This document shows, piece by piece, positions 9,793 to 20,196 of a stretch of DNA of 64,000 nucleotides. A program made the position numbers and the translations under genes. Source of the DNA: an uncultured Herbinix sp. Lineage in GTDB: Bacteria; Bacillota; Clostridia; Lachnospirales; Lachnospiraceae. Within the stretch, counting starts at the first letter, position 1; each line of letters opens with the position of its first letter. The stretch is taken from positions 3,012 through 67,011 of the forward strand of contig CAZMYP010000002.1 of the NCBI GenBank assembly GCA_964570535.1, read 5' to 3'. The notes under the pieces are model-generated. The model did not search any database and had not been told where the DNA came from. It saw only the letters and a list, made by a program, of their open reading frames with translations.

Positions 9793-11388
9793 ATGAGAAT
9801 TAATCATAATATTTCGGCTTTAAAAGCTAATAATCAACTCTCTAGAACCAATAAGCTATTAGATGCCAGCTTGGAGAAGTTATCCTCCGGTTATCGTATT
9901 AACAGCGCAGCAGATGATGCAGCTGGACTTGCAATTTCAGAGAAAATGAGAACACAGATTTCAGGATTGGAGCAGGCTTCTAGAAATGCTTCCGATGGTA
10001 TATCTGTAATACAGACAGCAGAGGGGGCTCTTATAGAAGTAGAGTCTATGCTACAAAGAATGAGGGAGCTATCAGTTCAGTCAGCCAATGGCATATATAC
10101 AACTGAGGATAGAATAGCTATTCAAGCGGAAATTGATCAATTAAGTGAAGAAATTACCCGTATATCAGAAACCACGGAGTTTAATACCATGACTCTTTTG
10201 GATGGTAATATAGACAGAAAATCATTTTCCAGTAATAATAGCGTTAGCTTGATTTCCTTATCTGATACTGTATCAGTTGGAAACTATGCAATTAAAATAA
10301 CACAGGATGCTAGACAGGCAGCAGTGCTAGGAAATGCTATTGCCGATTTTGGTACAGACAAGGACGGTAATGATTATACAACTACTACCCGTAAAATTAC
10401 TGCGGATGAGGCCGGTTCTATTAATGTAAATGGAGAAACTGTTAAGGTTAACGAAGGTGATACAATAGATGAAGTGTTCCAGAAGCTCAGAGATGCCTGC
10501 GATAATGTTAATATTAATGTGTTTGCAACTGAAAATGATTTAACAACACAGCCATCATTAACAGAGAATCCGGAGCTAGCTGGTTATGCCAGTAAACAGC
10601 TGGAAGAGGGAAATCTATTGGCCTTTGTATCCAGGGATTATGGCTCTGATCAGAAGATTGATATACACTGTGATAAGCCTAAACTGTGTGACTTGCTCGG
10701 CTTAACAGTAGCAGGTGCAAAGGCTAGTGGAACTGATTCTAAGGCAGAAATTGACTTATCTATAGTTAAGCCTGATTCACTTTTTGAGAATACTGCTACA
10801 GTTTCTGTCCGTGGAAATAAGGTCACGGTCTCTGATAGAAACAACTTTAAGATGGTATTTGAAGTAGATCCAGGTACTGTGGGAACAAAATTCCAGGACA
10901 CAAAGATAAGTAGTTCTTCCGCCGAACCCACGGATGGTTCAATTACGGCTGCAGGAACCGAGGAAGGAATTGTGGTGTCAGTATTAGATGCAGGCCCCAT
11001 GGATCTTCAAATTGGTGCTAATGAAGGACAGACTATGTCTGTTCGCATACCTAAGGTAACCCCTCAGACACTTGGAATAGATAAGATTAATATAGGAACT
11101 GCAGATGGGGCTCAAAAAGCAATTGCCTTGCTTGACATAGCCATCAATGAGATTTCAGCTATAAGATCAAAGCTTGGAGCATATCAGAATCGCCTAGAGC
11201 ACTCTATATCTAATCTAGATGTGACATCTGAAAATATGACAGAATCCTTATCCCGAATTGAGGATGTTGACATGGCGGGAGAAATGGCAGAGTACACACA
11301 GAAGAATGTCCTTGCACAGGCAGGAACCTCTATGCTGGCTCAGGCTAATACGAGACCACAAAATATACTATCCCTATTACAGCAATAA
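9793..11388 (+). CDS. fliC: Flagellin
   Basis: MRINHNISAL...LEKLSSGYRINSAADDAAGLAISEKMR N-terminus; LGAYQNRLEH...SRIEDVDMA...LSLLQ C-terminus; start at ATG 9793. Confidence 0.97.
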   Translation: MRINHNISALKANNQLSRTNKLLDASLEKLSSGYRINSAADDAAGLAISEKMRTQISGLEQASRNASDGISVIQTAEGALIEVESMLQRMRELSVQSANGIYTTEDRIAIQAEIDQLSEEITRISETTEFNTMTLLDGNIDRKSFSSNNSVSLISLSDTVSVGNYAIKITQDARQAAVLGNAIADFGTDKDGNDYTTTTRKITADEAGSINVNGETVKVNEGDTIDEVFQKLRDACDNVNINVFATENDLTTQPSLTENPELAGYASKQLEEGNLLAFVSRDYGSDQKIDIHCDKPKLCDLLGLTVAGAKASGTDSKAEIDLSIVKPDSLFENTATVSVRGNKVTVSDRNNFKMVFEVDPGTVGTKFQDTKISSSSAEPTDGSITAAGTEEGIVVSVLDAGPMDLQIGANEGQTMSVRIPKVTPQTLGIDKINIGTADGAQKAIALLDIAINEISAIRSKLGAYQNRLEHSISNLDVTSENMTESLSRIEDVDMAGEMAEYTQKNVLAQAGTSMLAQANTRPQNILSLLQQ

Positions 11389-11422
11389 TAACATTTAGTC
11401 AATAGAATGTGGGAGGTATAAG

Positions 11423-11902
11423 ATGAAGAAAGAGGCAATTGGGTACTTTACTGCTCGTATAACTCAGGCATCCCGAAGTGAATTAGTTGTTATTCTTTAT
11501 GAAATGACATTAGTGCAGATTGAAGAGGCAGAGAAGTCATTTGCAGAAAATAACATAATTGATTTTCATAAGGAGCTTAAGGGAGCACAAAAAAGTGTAA
11601 ATGAGCTAATAGTAGCCTTAGATTATAAATATAAGATTTCTTATGATTTACTAAGCCTGTATCTCTATACAAATAAGCAGATAATAACGGCTATAATAAA
11701 GCAAAATCCTTTACCTCTGAAAAGTGCACAGGAGACCCTTAATAAGCTTTTGATAGGGTTTAAGGAAGTAAGTAGGGCTGACAAAAATGGTCCTATGATG
11801 CGCAATACTCAGCAGCTATACGCAGGCTTAACCTACGGAAGGGGAACCTTAAACGAAACCTTTATTGATCCTGCTGATAAAAACCGAGGATTTATTGCAT
11901 AA
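11423..11902 (+). CDS. fliS: Flagellin export chaperone FliS
   Basis: ITQAS..ELVVILYE, ELI.ALD, L.SLY.Y pattern; directly after flagellin. Confidence 0.88.
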   Translation: MKKEAIGYFTARITQASRSELVVILYEMTLVQIEEAEKSFAENNIIDFHKELKGAQKSVNELIVALDYKYKISYDLLSLYLYTNKQIITAIIKQNPLPLKSAQETLNKLLIGFKEVSRADKNGPMMRNTQQLYAGLTYGRGTLNETFIDPADKNRGFIA

Positions 11903-11911
11903 AAAATATAC

Positions 11912-11943
11912 AAACAGGCAGCCCAAGAAGGGCTGCCTGTTTT
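11912..11943. terminator. Bidirectional intrinsic terminator
   Basis: aaacaggcagccc-aagaa-gggctgcctgtttt between convergent genes. Confidence 0.88.
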
Positions 11944-11945
11944 GT

Positions 11946-12173
11946 TTAGGATTTTGTCTCGACAAAGGTTTTGCCGGAGGCCTTAGCCTGCTTTAGTAAA
12001 TACTTGTATCGATTTTGTATGGCATTTAATTCATATATACAGCTATCAATTAAATCAGGGTCAACCACATATTCGAACTGGGAATAGGCAGCATCTAACG
12101 CGTGCTTTGTTTTATTAATTTCCTTTATCAGGAGATCCTCACGGGGGGGCTTCTTTCTGGAGAATAGTTTCAT
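11946..12173 (-). CDS. yaaL: YaaL family protein (DUF2508)
   Basis: AYSQFEYVVDPDLIDSCIYELNAIQNRYKYLLKQAK; adjacent to bofA; start at 12173 or 12182. Confidence 0.9.
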   Translation of the reverse strand: MKLFSRKKPPREDLLIKEINKTKHALDAAYSQFEYVVDPDLIDSCIYELNAIQNRYKYLLKQAKASGKTFVETKS

Positions 12174-12318
12174 GTTCACCATCTCTTTCCCTAGTATTAT
12201 GTTAATAGTATAGTCAAACAATAAACCATTTATTCTTTTAGTTAGAATAAAATGGTTAAAGTTGTATATAAATATTATAGGTTTAGTTATAATATGGTAG
12301 AGAGTGAGGGAGGACAAA

Positions 12319-12588
12319 TTGGAAAGTATTATATTAGCAGCAATAATAATAATATGCTTAGCTCTTATTGGAGTATGCATTGTTAAAAAAAGGCCAGATC
12401 TTATAATGAGCTTCTTCCTAAGAGTATGTGTAGGAACTGCAGGAATCTATCTTCTAGATTTTGTACTTGGCATAAGCGGCTATAAGATTTCGGTTGGAAT
12501 TAATGCCTTTAGTATTTTATCAAATGGTTTTTTGGGTCTTCCTGGATTTATATTATTGTATGGACTGGCCTTTTATTACTCTATCTAA
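12319..12588 (+). CDS. bofA: Pro-sigmaK processing inhibitor BofA family
   Basis: Three hydrophobic helices, VGIN...GFLGLPG motif; TTG start after GGGAGG. Confidence 0.88.
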   Translation: MESIILAAIIIICLALIGVCIVKKRPDLIMSFFLRVCVGTAGIYLLDFVLGISGYKISVGINAFSILSNGFLGLPGFILLYGLAFYYSI

Positions 12589-12668
12589 ATAGATTTGTGC
12601 AATTCACCCTTATAGGGAAACAATTTTTGTAGAACAATACAAAAAGAAGACAGGGCAAAAGCAAAATA

Positions 12669-12697
12669 TTGACATATAGTATAAAATTATGTATTAT
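12669..12697 (+). promoter_or_regulatory. sigmaA promoter for the tad locus
   Basis: TTGACA-17 bp-TATTAT. Confidence 0.7.
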
Positions 12698-12834
12698 AGT
12701 CACAACTCTTCTCCATATATCTAAGCCGTCAGGCTAATTCATTTTGTTAACTATTTTGTTAATCTGTTTTAAATCCTTTATACCCAACTAATATGAATAT
12801 ATATAATAGGTTTTTCTTAAGAGGAGGTGTAGTC

Positions 12835-13755
12835 TTGGAAAAGCTATTAGCAGTTTTTGATACGGATGTTTTATATGCATCCCGTTTATTGGAGTTTTTA
12901 AAAACCCTTAAGTGGGAGGGTTTCGAGATTATGTTGTTTACTAAAGAGGAGAGTTTACTTGATTTTTTGAAATATCAGTCTGTTGAGATCCTTTTATATG
13001 GAGGGGAATCTTCCCCTGAGGATTTACCAAAGGATAATATAAAATATATTATTTGGCTTTCTGCTGATATGAGGCAAGGAAAGAACAAACAAGAGATAAT
13101 CTATAAATACCAATCGGCACAAAAGATAGGAACTGAGCTTTTATCACAATATACTCGGCTTGAGGATGTCAATCAGCAATCAGAGTTTGGTGAGGCTAAT
13201 CTTATAACGGTTTTTTCGCCGATACCCGGTGAAGAGAAGATATCCTATGCCTGGTCAATGGCCAAGGAGCTGTCCAATAGGAGGAAGGTGCTCTTTGTCT
13301 CATTTGAACAACTACCTACAGGGTTTGTGATTCAAGGGGAGAATAGCAAGTTATCAATGTCAGAATTTTTATACTATCTGAAGGAAAGCAACATAGACCA
13401 TATGGAGCAGCTAAAGGCCTATATTAATTACTGGGAAAGATTATCCTATCTTTCAGGCCCAAGTCATGGTTTTGATTTGCTTTCAATAAGTAGAGAGGAT
13501 GTAAGCAGACTATTAGAAGAAATTAAGAACTGTAAGGAATACCAGCAGATTATCTTCTATCTTGGAATATATACGGAGGCTTCTATGGAAATCCTAAGTA
13601 GCAGTGATGAGGTCTACATAGCCATAAGAGATGGGCCTTATGAGGAGCGTATAGAGAAGGAATGGGAAAGACAAATGGGACTTACAGGTATTAAAGTGGA
13701 GCAATTAAACCATCATATAGTAAAACTTCCTGTACTTGATATGGAAGGAAAGTAA
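12835..13755 (+). CDS. TadZ/CpaE-like pilus assembly protein (degenerate receiver + ParA/MinD fold)
   Basis: N-terminal LAVFDTD..YA.RL and IYKYQS; degenerate P-loop VFSPIPGEEKIS; first gene of the tad cluster; TTG start after AGGAGG. Confidence 0.75.
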   Translation: MEKLLAVFDTDVLYASRLLEFLKTLKWEGFEIMLFTKEESLLDFLKYQSVEILLYGGESSPEDLPKDNIKYIIWLSADMRQGKNKQEIIYKYQSAQKIGTELLSQYTRLEDVNQQSEFGEANLITVFSPIPGEEKISYAWSMAKELSNRRKVLFVSFEQLPTGFVIQGENSKLSMSEFLYYLKESNIDHMEQLKAYINYWERLSYLSGPSHGFDLLSISREDVSRLLEEIKNCKEYQQIIFYLGIYTEASMEILSSSDEVYIAIRDGPYEERIEKEWERQMGLTGIKVEQLNHHIVKLPVLDMEGK

Positions 13756-13774
13756 GAAAAGGATTGGGGGAGCT

Positions 13775-14986
13775 ATGAGTTACTTAAAGGAAAAGCTTCA
13801 AAAGGATGTTCTTGAAAGCATTGATCTAACATCTGAGATAACTGACGGGGAGCTACTTAGTTCTATTGATAAGATATTGGTGGAAAAGGGTAGGGAGAAG
13901 TTTATCAGTATGGAGGAGAAGCGAAGATTACGAAAGAATATTTTCAATTCCATACGTAAGCTAGATATTTTGCAGGATATGATTGAGGATCCTACCATTA
14001 CTGAAATTATGGTAAATGGTTATAAGAATATATTTATTGAAAGAAATGGAGAGATATCCCGCTGCCAAGAACAATTTGAGTCAAAGGAGAAATTAGAGGA
14101 TGTAGTTCAGCAAATTGTATCTCAGTCTAACCGTATTGTAAATGCTTCTAACCCAATTGTAGATTCAAGATTAGATGATGGATCAAGAATAAATATAGTA
14201 CTTCCACCTATAGCACTAGATGGGCCTGTAATAACTGTAAGAAGATTCCCTGAAAACCCAATTACCATAAATCAGCTAATTGAATATGAATCAATAAGTA
14301 TGGAGGTGGCAGAGCTATTAGAAAAGCTTGTAATTTCTAGATATAACATCTTTATCAGTGGTGGAACCGGTTCCGGTAAAACAACATTTCTTAATGTCTT
14401 ATCTAACTATATTCCCAGTAATGAAAGAATTGTAACTATTGAGGACTCTGCAGAGCTACAGCTACGTAATGTTATCAACCTTGTTCGCATGGAGGTAAGA
14501 AACGGTAATGCAGAAGGTAACAATCAAATCTCAATAAGAGACTTGATCAAAACCTCTCTTAGGATGCGCCCAGACCGGATTATAGTTGGTGAGGTAAGGG
14601 ATGAGGCAGCAATAGATATGCTCCAGGCTCTTAACACAGGACATGATGGTTCACTTTCTACCGGACATGCTAATTCGCCGGAAGACATGTTACATAGACT
14701 TGAATCCCTAGTAATTCTTGGAGCAAATATTCCCCTATTGGCAATCCGTAGACAGATAGCCTCTGCCATAGATATAGTTGTACATCTGGGCAGATTAAGG
14801 GATAAGTCAAGAAGGGTGTTGGAAATTACAGAGGTTATGGACTTTAAAGATAATGAAATTATACTAAACCCGCTCTACAAATTTACTGAAGAAGGGGGTG
14901 ATAATAAAAAGATAATAGGAAAACTAGAGAAGGTAAATGACCTTATATATACAGAAAAGCTTAATAGGGCAGGTATAAGGCTTTAG
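13775..14986 (+). CDS. tadA: Tad pilus assembly ATPase CpaF/TadA
   Basis: GGTGSGKTT, TIEDSAEL, LRMRPDRIIVGEVR, NTGHDGSLSTGHANS. Confidence 0.96.
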   Translation: MSYLKEKLQKDVLESIDLTSEITDGELLSSIDKILVEKGREKFISMEEKRRLRKNIFNSIRKLDILQDMIEDPTITEIMVNGYKNIFIERNGEISRCQEQFESKEKLEDVVQQIVSQSNRIVNASNPIVDSRLDDGSRINIVLPPIALDGPVITVRRFPENPITINQLIEYESISMEVAELLEKLVISRYNIFISGGTGSGKTTFLNVLSNYIPSNERIVTIEDSAELQLRNVINLVRMEVRNGNAEGNNQISIRDLIKTSLRMRPDRIIVGEVRDEAAIDMLQALNTGHDGSLSTGHANSPEDMLHRLESLVILGANIPLLAIRRQIASAIDIVVHLGRLRDKSRRVLEITEVMDFKDNEIILNPLYKFTEEGGDNKKIIGKLEKVNDLIYTEKLNRAGIRL

Positions 14987-15025
14987 AAATTTCAGAAGGA
15001 ATTATTTCTCAAGAAAGGAGCATAG

Positions 15026-15769
15026 ATGGTTACAGATTATGATATCTACATTTTTTCATTTCGAGAAAAACTAATATATATACTAGAAGGGTTTGTAGTA
15101 GCACTGATATTGGGTAGTCTTTTTTATAAAAGCATTATTGGTAATATTTTATTATGTCCCTTAATTTTTCCTTATTATAAAAGGAAGAGAAAGGAGCTAA
15201 TTAATAAAAGAAAGTGGCAGCTTAACATTGAATTTCGGGATGGTATTAATAGTCTGTCTGCTGCCTTAAGTGCTGGCTATAGTGCTGAGCAAGCATTTAT
15301 AGAGGCTGCGAAGGATTTACGGCATATTTATCCTGGAGGAGCTATGATTATTAAGGAATTTATCTACCTGATTAATCAGATACAGATGAATATTACTGTG
15401 GAAAAAGCCTTAAGTGATTTTGGTGAACGTAGTAAGATAGAAGACATTATAAGCTTTGCAGAAGTTTTCTCTACAGCAAAGCGAACAGGAGGTGACATTA
15501 TACAAGTTATTAAGACCACAGGTAGCCTAATTAGCGATAGGCTAGAGATAAAGGGGGAGATTATTACTTTAATTGCAGCTAAGAAATTTGAAGCAACTAT
15601 TATGAAGCTGGTTCCAGCGGGGATATTATGCTACCTATGGGTTACTTCTCCTGGACTTTTAGATCCCCTATATCATAATCTGTTTGGTGCTATAGTCATG
15701 ACAGTTTTATTGGGAATCTATCTTATAACCTATTGTGTTATCGATAAAATTATTGCTATTGAGCTATGA
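15026..15769 (+). CDS. tadB: Tad pilus platform protein TadB (T2SSF)
   Basis: L.AGYS.EQAF, F..RS.IEDI..FAEVF..AKRTGG; transmembrane helices at both ends. Confidence 0.88.
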   Translation: MVTDYDIYIFSFREKLIYILEGFVVALILGSLFYKSIIGNILLCPLIFPYYKRKRKELINKRKWQLNIEFRDGINSLSAALSAGYSAEQAFIEAAKDLRHIYPGGAMIIKEFIYLINQIQMNITVEKALSDFGERSKIEDIISFAEVFSTAKRTGGDIIQVIKTTGSLISDRLEIKGEIITLIAAKKFEATIMKLVPAGILCYLWVTSPGLLDPLYHNLFGAIVMTVLLGIYLITYCVIDKIIAIEL

Positions 15770-15773
15770 GGAT

Positions 15774-17270
15774 ATGATTATGCTATATGTAAGTATTGTA
15801 ATTGTAATTTTGCTAATTGTTATTTATCTTATATCATTAAAGAATACAGATAAGATATTTGAAGATATTGATAAAGGAGACCATAAGCTGTATTTCCTTT
15901 ATCCCATGGCTCATTTCTGTCTTAAAAAGACTGGATTTGAGAAAAAATTTCTAAAGAAGGTAGAGCTATCAAAAAAAATCCGTGCGCTATATGTATCAAA
16001 GCATCAGGATATTCAGACTAGATTATATTGGTATCAAAAGGTATCTCTTATTCTACTTATTATCTTTGCATTTTCATGCTTCTCTATTATTACATCTGTT
16101 AAATCAGCAGGGTCGAAACATAAGTCCATTGAAGCAAGTCTTATAAGGCCAGAGTATGGTCAAGGGGATAGCTTGGTTAAGCTTAGGTTTATTCTAAAAA
16201 AAGAAATAGGCAAGGAGGATATCTATGAGGATGAAATAGTTATAAAGAACAAGGAGCGAATATATACCCAGGAGGAATGGGAAGATGTACTAAAAGAAGT
16301 CATTCCCTACCTAGAGCTTGAGATGTTAGGGGAAAATAAGGATGCTAATAAGGTAGATAAGAATCTAAACTTTATTAAAAAAATACCCAAAACAGGCATT
16401 AAGGTAGAATGGATTCCAAAGGATTATAAGCTTATATCCGACAGTGGACAGATTAAGAATAGGGATTTGCTTAATTGCAGAACAGATACCCAGGTAAAAG
16501 CGATTCTTAAATACCAGGATATTAAGGTGGAGCATATAATGGCTCTAACTATATTGCCTTTGGAATTAGACGAAAGGGAAACCCTATATAAAAAGCTAGA
16601 GAAGGCCCTTGATTTGACCCAGGAAAGGACAACCCATGATAAGGAATGGGTCTTGCCCAAGGGGATAGAAGAATATTTACTTATATGGAAGACACCTGAG
16701 GGTAACTCAGGCGCATCAATCCTTTTGTTAGGTTTATTGGTTTCTATCATTATATGGTTTTCTAGAGACAAGGAATTAGATAAGAAAATGAGGCTAAGAA
16801 ATAATGAGATGCTTCTAGATTATCCAGAGATTATTAATAAGTTTAATTTGTTGGTAAATGCGGGCATGACCATCAAGCAAGCATGGACTAAGATATCTGA
16901 GGATTATAAATATAAGGCTGAAAGCAACAAGAAATTTCAACGATACGCATATGAAGAGATGCTACTTACTTTATATGAGTTAAAGCTTGGAGTAGCAGAA
17001 GTAAATGCTTATGAACAGTTTGGAATGAGGGTAGGTTTGTTGCCTTATATGAAGTTTGGCTCTATGTTGGTACAAAATCTTAAAAAAGGAAATAAGAATA
17101 TGGTAGATTTGTTAAAAAAAGAGGCTATGGAGGCTTTTCATGAACGAAAGGAAATTACAAAAAGGCTTGGGGAAGAAGCATCTACAAAGCTATTGGGACC
17201 AATGATTATAATGCTCTTTATAGTTCTAGTTATTATAATTATTCCTGCATTTGTCTCTTTTGGTATTTAA
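15774..17270 (+). CDS. tadC: Tad pilus platform protein TadC with a large extracellular insertion
   Basis: DYPEII.KF.LLV.AGMT, GEEASTKLL.PM..ML; about 200-aa soluble region between transmembrane helices. Confidence 0.85.
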   Translation: MIMLYVSIVIVILLIVIYLISLKNTDKIFEDIDKGDHKLYFLYPMAHFCLKKTGFEKKFLKKVELSKKIRALYVSKHQDIQTRLYWYQKVSLILLIIFAFSCFSIITSVKSAGSKHKSIEASLIRPEYGQGDSLVKLRFILKKEIGKEDIYEDEIVIKNKERIYTQEEWEDVLKEVIPYLELEMLGENKDANKVDKNLNFIKKIPKTGIKVEWIPKDYKLISDSGQIKNRDLLNCRTDTQVKAILKYQDIKVEHIMALTILPLELDERETLYKKLEKALDLTQERTTHDKEWVLPKGIEEYLLIWKTPEGNSGASILLLGLLVSIIIWFSRDKELDKKMRLRNNEMLLDYPEIINKFNLLVNAGMTIKQAWTKISEDYKYKAESNKKFQRYAYEEMLLTLYELKLGVAEVNAYEQFGMRVGLLPYMKFGSMLVQNLKKGNKNMVDLLKKEAMEAFHERKEITKRLGEEASTKLLGPMIIMLFIVLVIIIIPAFVSFGI

Positions 17271-17316
17271 AAAATTATTGGGAGGAAAGCTGTCTCAAAG
17301 GGCAGTATAAGAAAAT

Positions 17317-17493
17317 ATGAAGAAAAGCATAAAAAGGTTTATTAAGTTAGAAGTAGATGGTATTGGTGTAGTTGAGTTAATACTTATTTTGCTGGTAATT
17401 ATAGGGCTTGTAGTTATATTTCGGGAACAGATTAACAATATTATAACCACAGTGTTCAACAGTATTAACGAAGCCATAGATTCATTTAATTAA
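17317..17493 (+). CDS. flp: Flp-type (type IVc) major pilin, 58 aa
   Basis: Hand-translated MKKSIKRFIKLEVDG|IGVVELILILLVIIGLVVIFREQI...FN*; G|xxxxE prepilin motif; shorter than any ORF in the track. Confidence 0.9.
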   Translation: MKKSIKRFIKLEVDGIGVVELILILLVIIGLVVIFREQINNIITTVFNSINEAIDSFN

Positions 17494-17513
17494 TTAATAG
17501 AAGGCGGTAGTAA

Positions 17514-20045
17514 TTGAAAAAAAACAAGGGAAATTTACATAGTAATGGATCCATAACCGTGTTTCTGAGTCTGGTACTGGTCTTAATTTTGTCTTTAGTA
17601 ATGACCATAATTGAGGGGGCTAGACAGACAACAGCCAGAGTGATTGCAGTAAGATCTTTATCAGCATCAATGGATTCGGTATTAGCTGAATTTTATGGAC
17701 CTCTTATGGAGGAATATCATTTGTTAGGGCTGGATATTTCATATGGAGAGACTTCCTCTAAAGTAGGAGATGTTGAGCAGAGAATGGAAGAGTATATGTC
17801 ATATACTCTTAATCCAAGACAGGGATTATCAGGGACAGGTGATAGTCGGGAGCTATATGGCATTTCTCTGGATTCGGTTCAGGTGCAGGACAAAACAAGT
17901 CTTCTAGACCACAAGGGTCAAATCTTTATTCATGAAGTAACAGAATACATGAAGTATGAAACTCTTGGGGATGTGGCAGAATTCTTTTTGGATAAGGTAT
18001 CCTTGTTGGAACAGCCTAAAAAGGTCAGCGTCCTATATGACGAAAAGGTTAAGCTGGAGGAAAAGCTGGTTACTATTGACGAAGGAATTCTTGCTCTTAT
18101 GAAATATATAGATGGATTATCGACGGGAAGAAAAGGTCTTAAGATAGGAAAGGGAGGCAAGTTAAAAACAGAAAGTTCCTTTGCTAAAAGAATAATATAT
18201 GAGGATCCAAGTATGGAGACTACGGGTATTAACAATGAGAAGGTGTTTTTTGCAATCCAAAGCAAATATATGGATCCTTCAGAAGCATTTACTATAATCT
18301 ATAACAGTATTGAAAGAGTTGAGCAAATTAAAGAGGCTGTTGTGGGGTTAGAAAGCAGAATAGATAGTATTAAGAATTCAAAGAGTGAAAAAAAGGAAAC
18401 CTTAAAAGAGCAAAAAGAGACCTTGTCTAATATTAAGAAGGAAGATAAAGAGGGTAAAAAAAGTGTAGAGGCTAGCATTAAGCAAACTAAAGAGGAGATA
18501 TCTGACCTGGAGGATGAGATAGATTCAGTTTATTCAGATATTAAGGTCTATAACTCGGAGGAAGGGGAGTGTATAAGCGCCATAACAAGTAATGGTTATA
18601 AGCTACAAGACCTAGTCTCAGGTAGCCTAACCGCTACGGAACAAGCAATTATTGAGCTGGAGCAAATCATTATAACTGCAGAAGAGGCCAAGCCACTTAT
18701 AAAGGACTATGAGAAGCTGCTTGATAAGGAGAAGGAAGGGCTAAGTGATGATATTTGTCTAAGCCTAGAGGAGGGGTTAGCTGAGTTAAAAAGGTACCAA
18801 TTGGATAACAGTGGGGGTTATGATTTCCCCGGCATGTTAGAGATCCTAAATAGTAATTATAAGGTGCTTAGCTCCTGTATCACTAGTATTAATAGTGGTT
18901 ATGACCATATATCCCTTCAGGACTTTTCTGGGGCCAAGCTAGCTTATAACAAGGCATGTGAAGAGCTTTTGGCTTATAAGACCAAGGGACTTAATATTAA
19001 TTATAGTACATTGGTAGTCACTAAGGATGATTCCCCTGATTTAGTAGACAGCGTTAAGGATCTCATAAAAGGTGGAATTATGGGATTAGTTGTGGACACT
19101 AAATCGGTATCCAATAAAGAAATAGATACGAATATGCTACCCTCGATTTTAGATATGTTAACGGAGGAAGATCAGGGCTTCTCTTTCACAAAACTACTTA
19201 AAGGTATGAAAATAGGTGGCAAGGATTCCAAGATGGGGGGACTTTTCGGAAGCTTTGGTAATTATAGTATTGGATCTTTATTAGGAAAGGCTGGGGATGA
19301 AATTGCTGAGGGAATCTTGTTCCAGGCATATATAGATGATCATTTTCATAGATTTCCTGTTAATGAGGAGGAGACAAAAGGAAGAAAGCCATCGGTATTA
19401 GCTTATGAACGTGAATATATCTTATGTGGAAAATCCACTGACAAGGATAATCTAGAAGCAGTTATAGGAAAGCTTCTTTTAATAAGAACCATCCTTAACT
19501 TTACTACAATACTGGGGGATAAGGAAAAATGGGAGGAAGCAAAGACAATAGCAACCACCCTTGTAGGCTTTACAGGACTTCCGATTCTGGTGGCAATTAC
19601 TCAAGGTATATTAATAATATTATTAGCATTTGCCTCTGCAATGATTGATACCTGTGCACTGTTAATAGGTAAGGAGCTACCGATTTTAAAAAAAGAAGTG
19701 GACCTTAAGTTCCCCGAGCTTTTGACTTTAACTAGAAACAACATACTAAAAAAAGCAGAAGATTATAAGGAGGACAAGGGGTTTTCCTACAATGATTACC
19801 TGACTCTGTTTCTGTTTATTACCAACAAAAGAAAACGTTCCTTTAGAATGATGGATTTGATTCAGGAAAACATTAATATTCGATATGATACAGAGTTCAA
19901 CCTTCAAAATTGTATATTTGCTTATAAAGCAGAGGCTGAATTCCACATAAAGCCATTGTTTACTACACTCTCATTTATGGAGAAGTATAATAATAAGTCT
20001 AATTTTAAAAAACCACTTATTGTTCAAGCAGAGTATAGCTATTAA
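17514..20045 (+). CDS. Large TadG-like pseudopilin (DUF5702 family)
   Basis: G|SITVFLSLV N-terminus, coiled-coil middle, YEREYILCGK.TD..NL and Y.DYL motifs. Confidence 0.8.
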   Translation: MKKNKGNLHSNGSITVFLSLVLVLILSLVMTIIEGARQTTARVIAVRSLSASMDSVLAEFYGPLMEEYHLLGLDISYGETSSKVGDVEQRMEEYMSYTLNPRQGLSGTGDSRELYGISLDSVQVQDKTSLLDHKGQIFIHEVTEYMKYETLGDVAEFFLDKVSLLEQPKKVSVLYDEKVKLEEKLVTIDEGILALMKYIDGLSTGRKGLKIGKGGKLKTESSFAKRIIYEDPSMETTGINNEKVFFAIQSKYMDPSEAFTIIYNSIERVEQIKEAVVGLESRIDSIKNSKSEKKETLKEQKETLSNIKKEDKEGKKSVEASIKQTKEEISDLEDEIDSVYSDIKVYNSEEGECISAITSNGYKLQDLVSGSLTATEQAIIELEQIIITAEEAKPLIKDYEKLLDKEKEGLSDDICLSLEEGLAELKRYQLDNSGGYDFPGMLEILNSNYKVLSSCITSINSGYDHISLQDFSGAKLAYNKACEELLAYKTKGLNINYSTLVVTKDDSPDLVDSVKDLIKGGIMGLVVDTKSVSNKEIDTNMLPSILDMLTEEDQGFSFTKLLKGMKIGGKDSKMGGLFGSFGNYSIGSLLGKAGDEIAEGILFQAYIDDHFHRFPVNEEETKGRKPSVLAYEREYILCGKSTDKDNLEAVIGKLLLIRTILNFTTILGDKEKWEEAKTIATTLVGFTGLPILVAITQGILIILLAFASAMIDTCALLIGKELPILKKEVDLKFPELLTLTRNNILKKAEDYKEDKGFSYNDYLTLFLFITNKRKRSFRMMDLIQENINIRYDTEFNLQNCIFAYKAEAEFHIKPLFTTLSFMEKYNNKSNFKKPLIVQAEYSY

Positions 20046-20071
20046 GAGGTAGTATCCTTAGCTTGGTGGCT

Positions 20072-20196
20072 TGGGATGCCCGCTCTACTAGGGTAATTAA
20101 TATATAAAATCACTTCTATATAAATCAAAAAAAGAATTCTCTCCAAGAAATCATTTGCTAATAAATTAATACAAGAATAGAAGAACGGGCATCCCA
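20072..20196. repeat. Long-range inverted repeat in the tad operon
   Basis: tgggatgcccg (20072-20082) / cgggcatccca (20186-20196) around a 103-bp AT-rich spacer. Confidence 0.75.

Noticed and set aside
12640-12745. Possible c-di-GMP riboswitch upstream of the tad locus (GGGCAAA, agccgtcaggct hairpin)
   Set aside because: The two-stem architecture could not be built, and the GGCAAA lies upstream of the predicted promoter.
17295-17477. 60-aa minus-strand ORF
   Set aside because: Antisense shadow of the Flp pilin gene.
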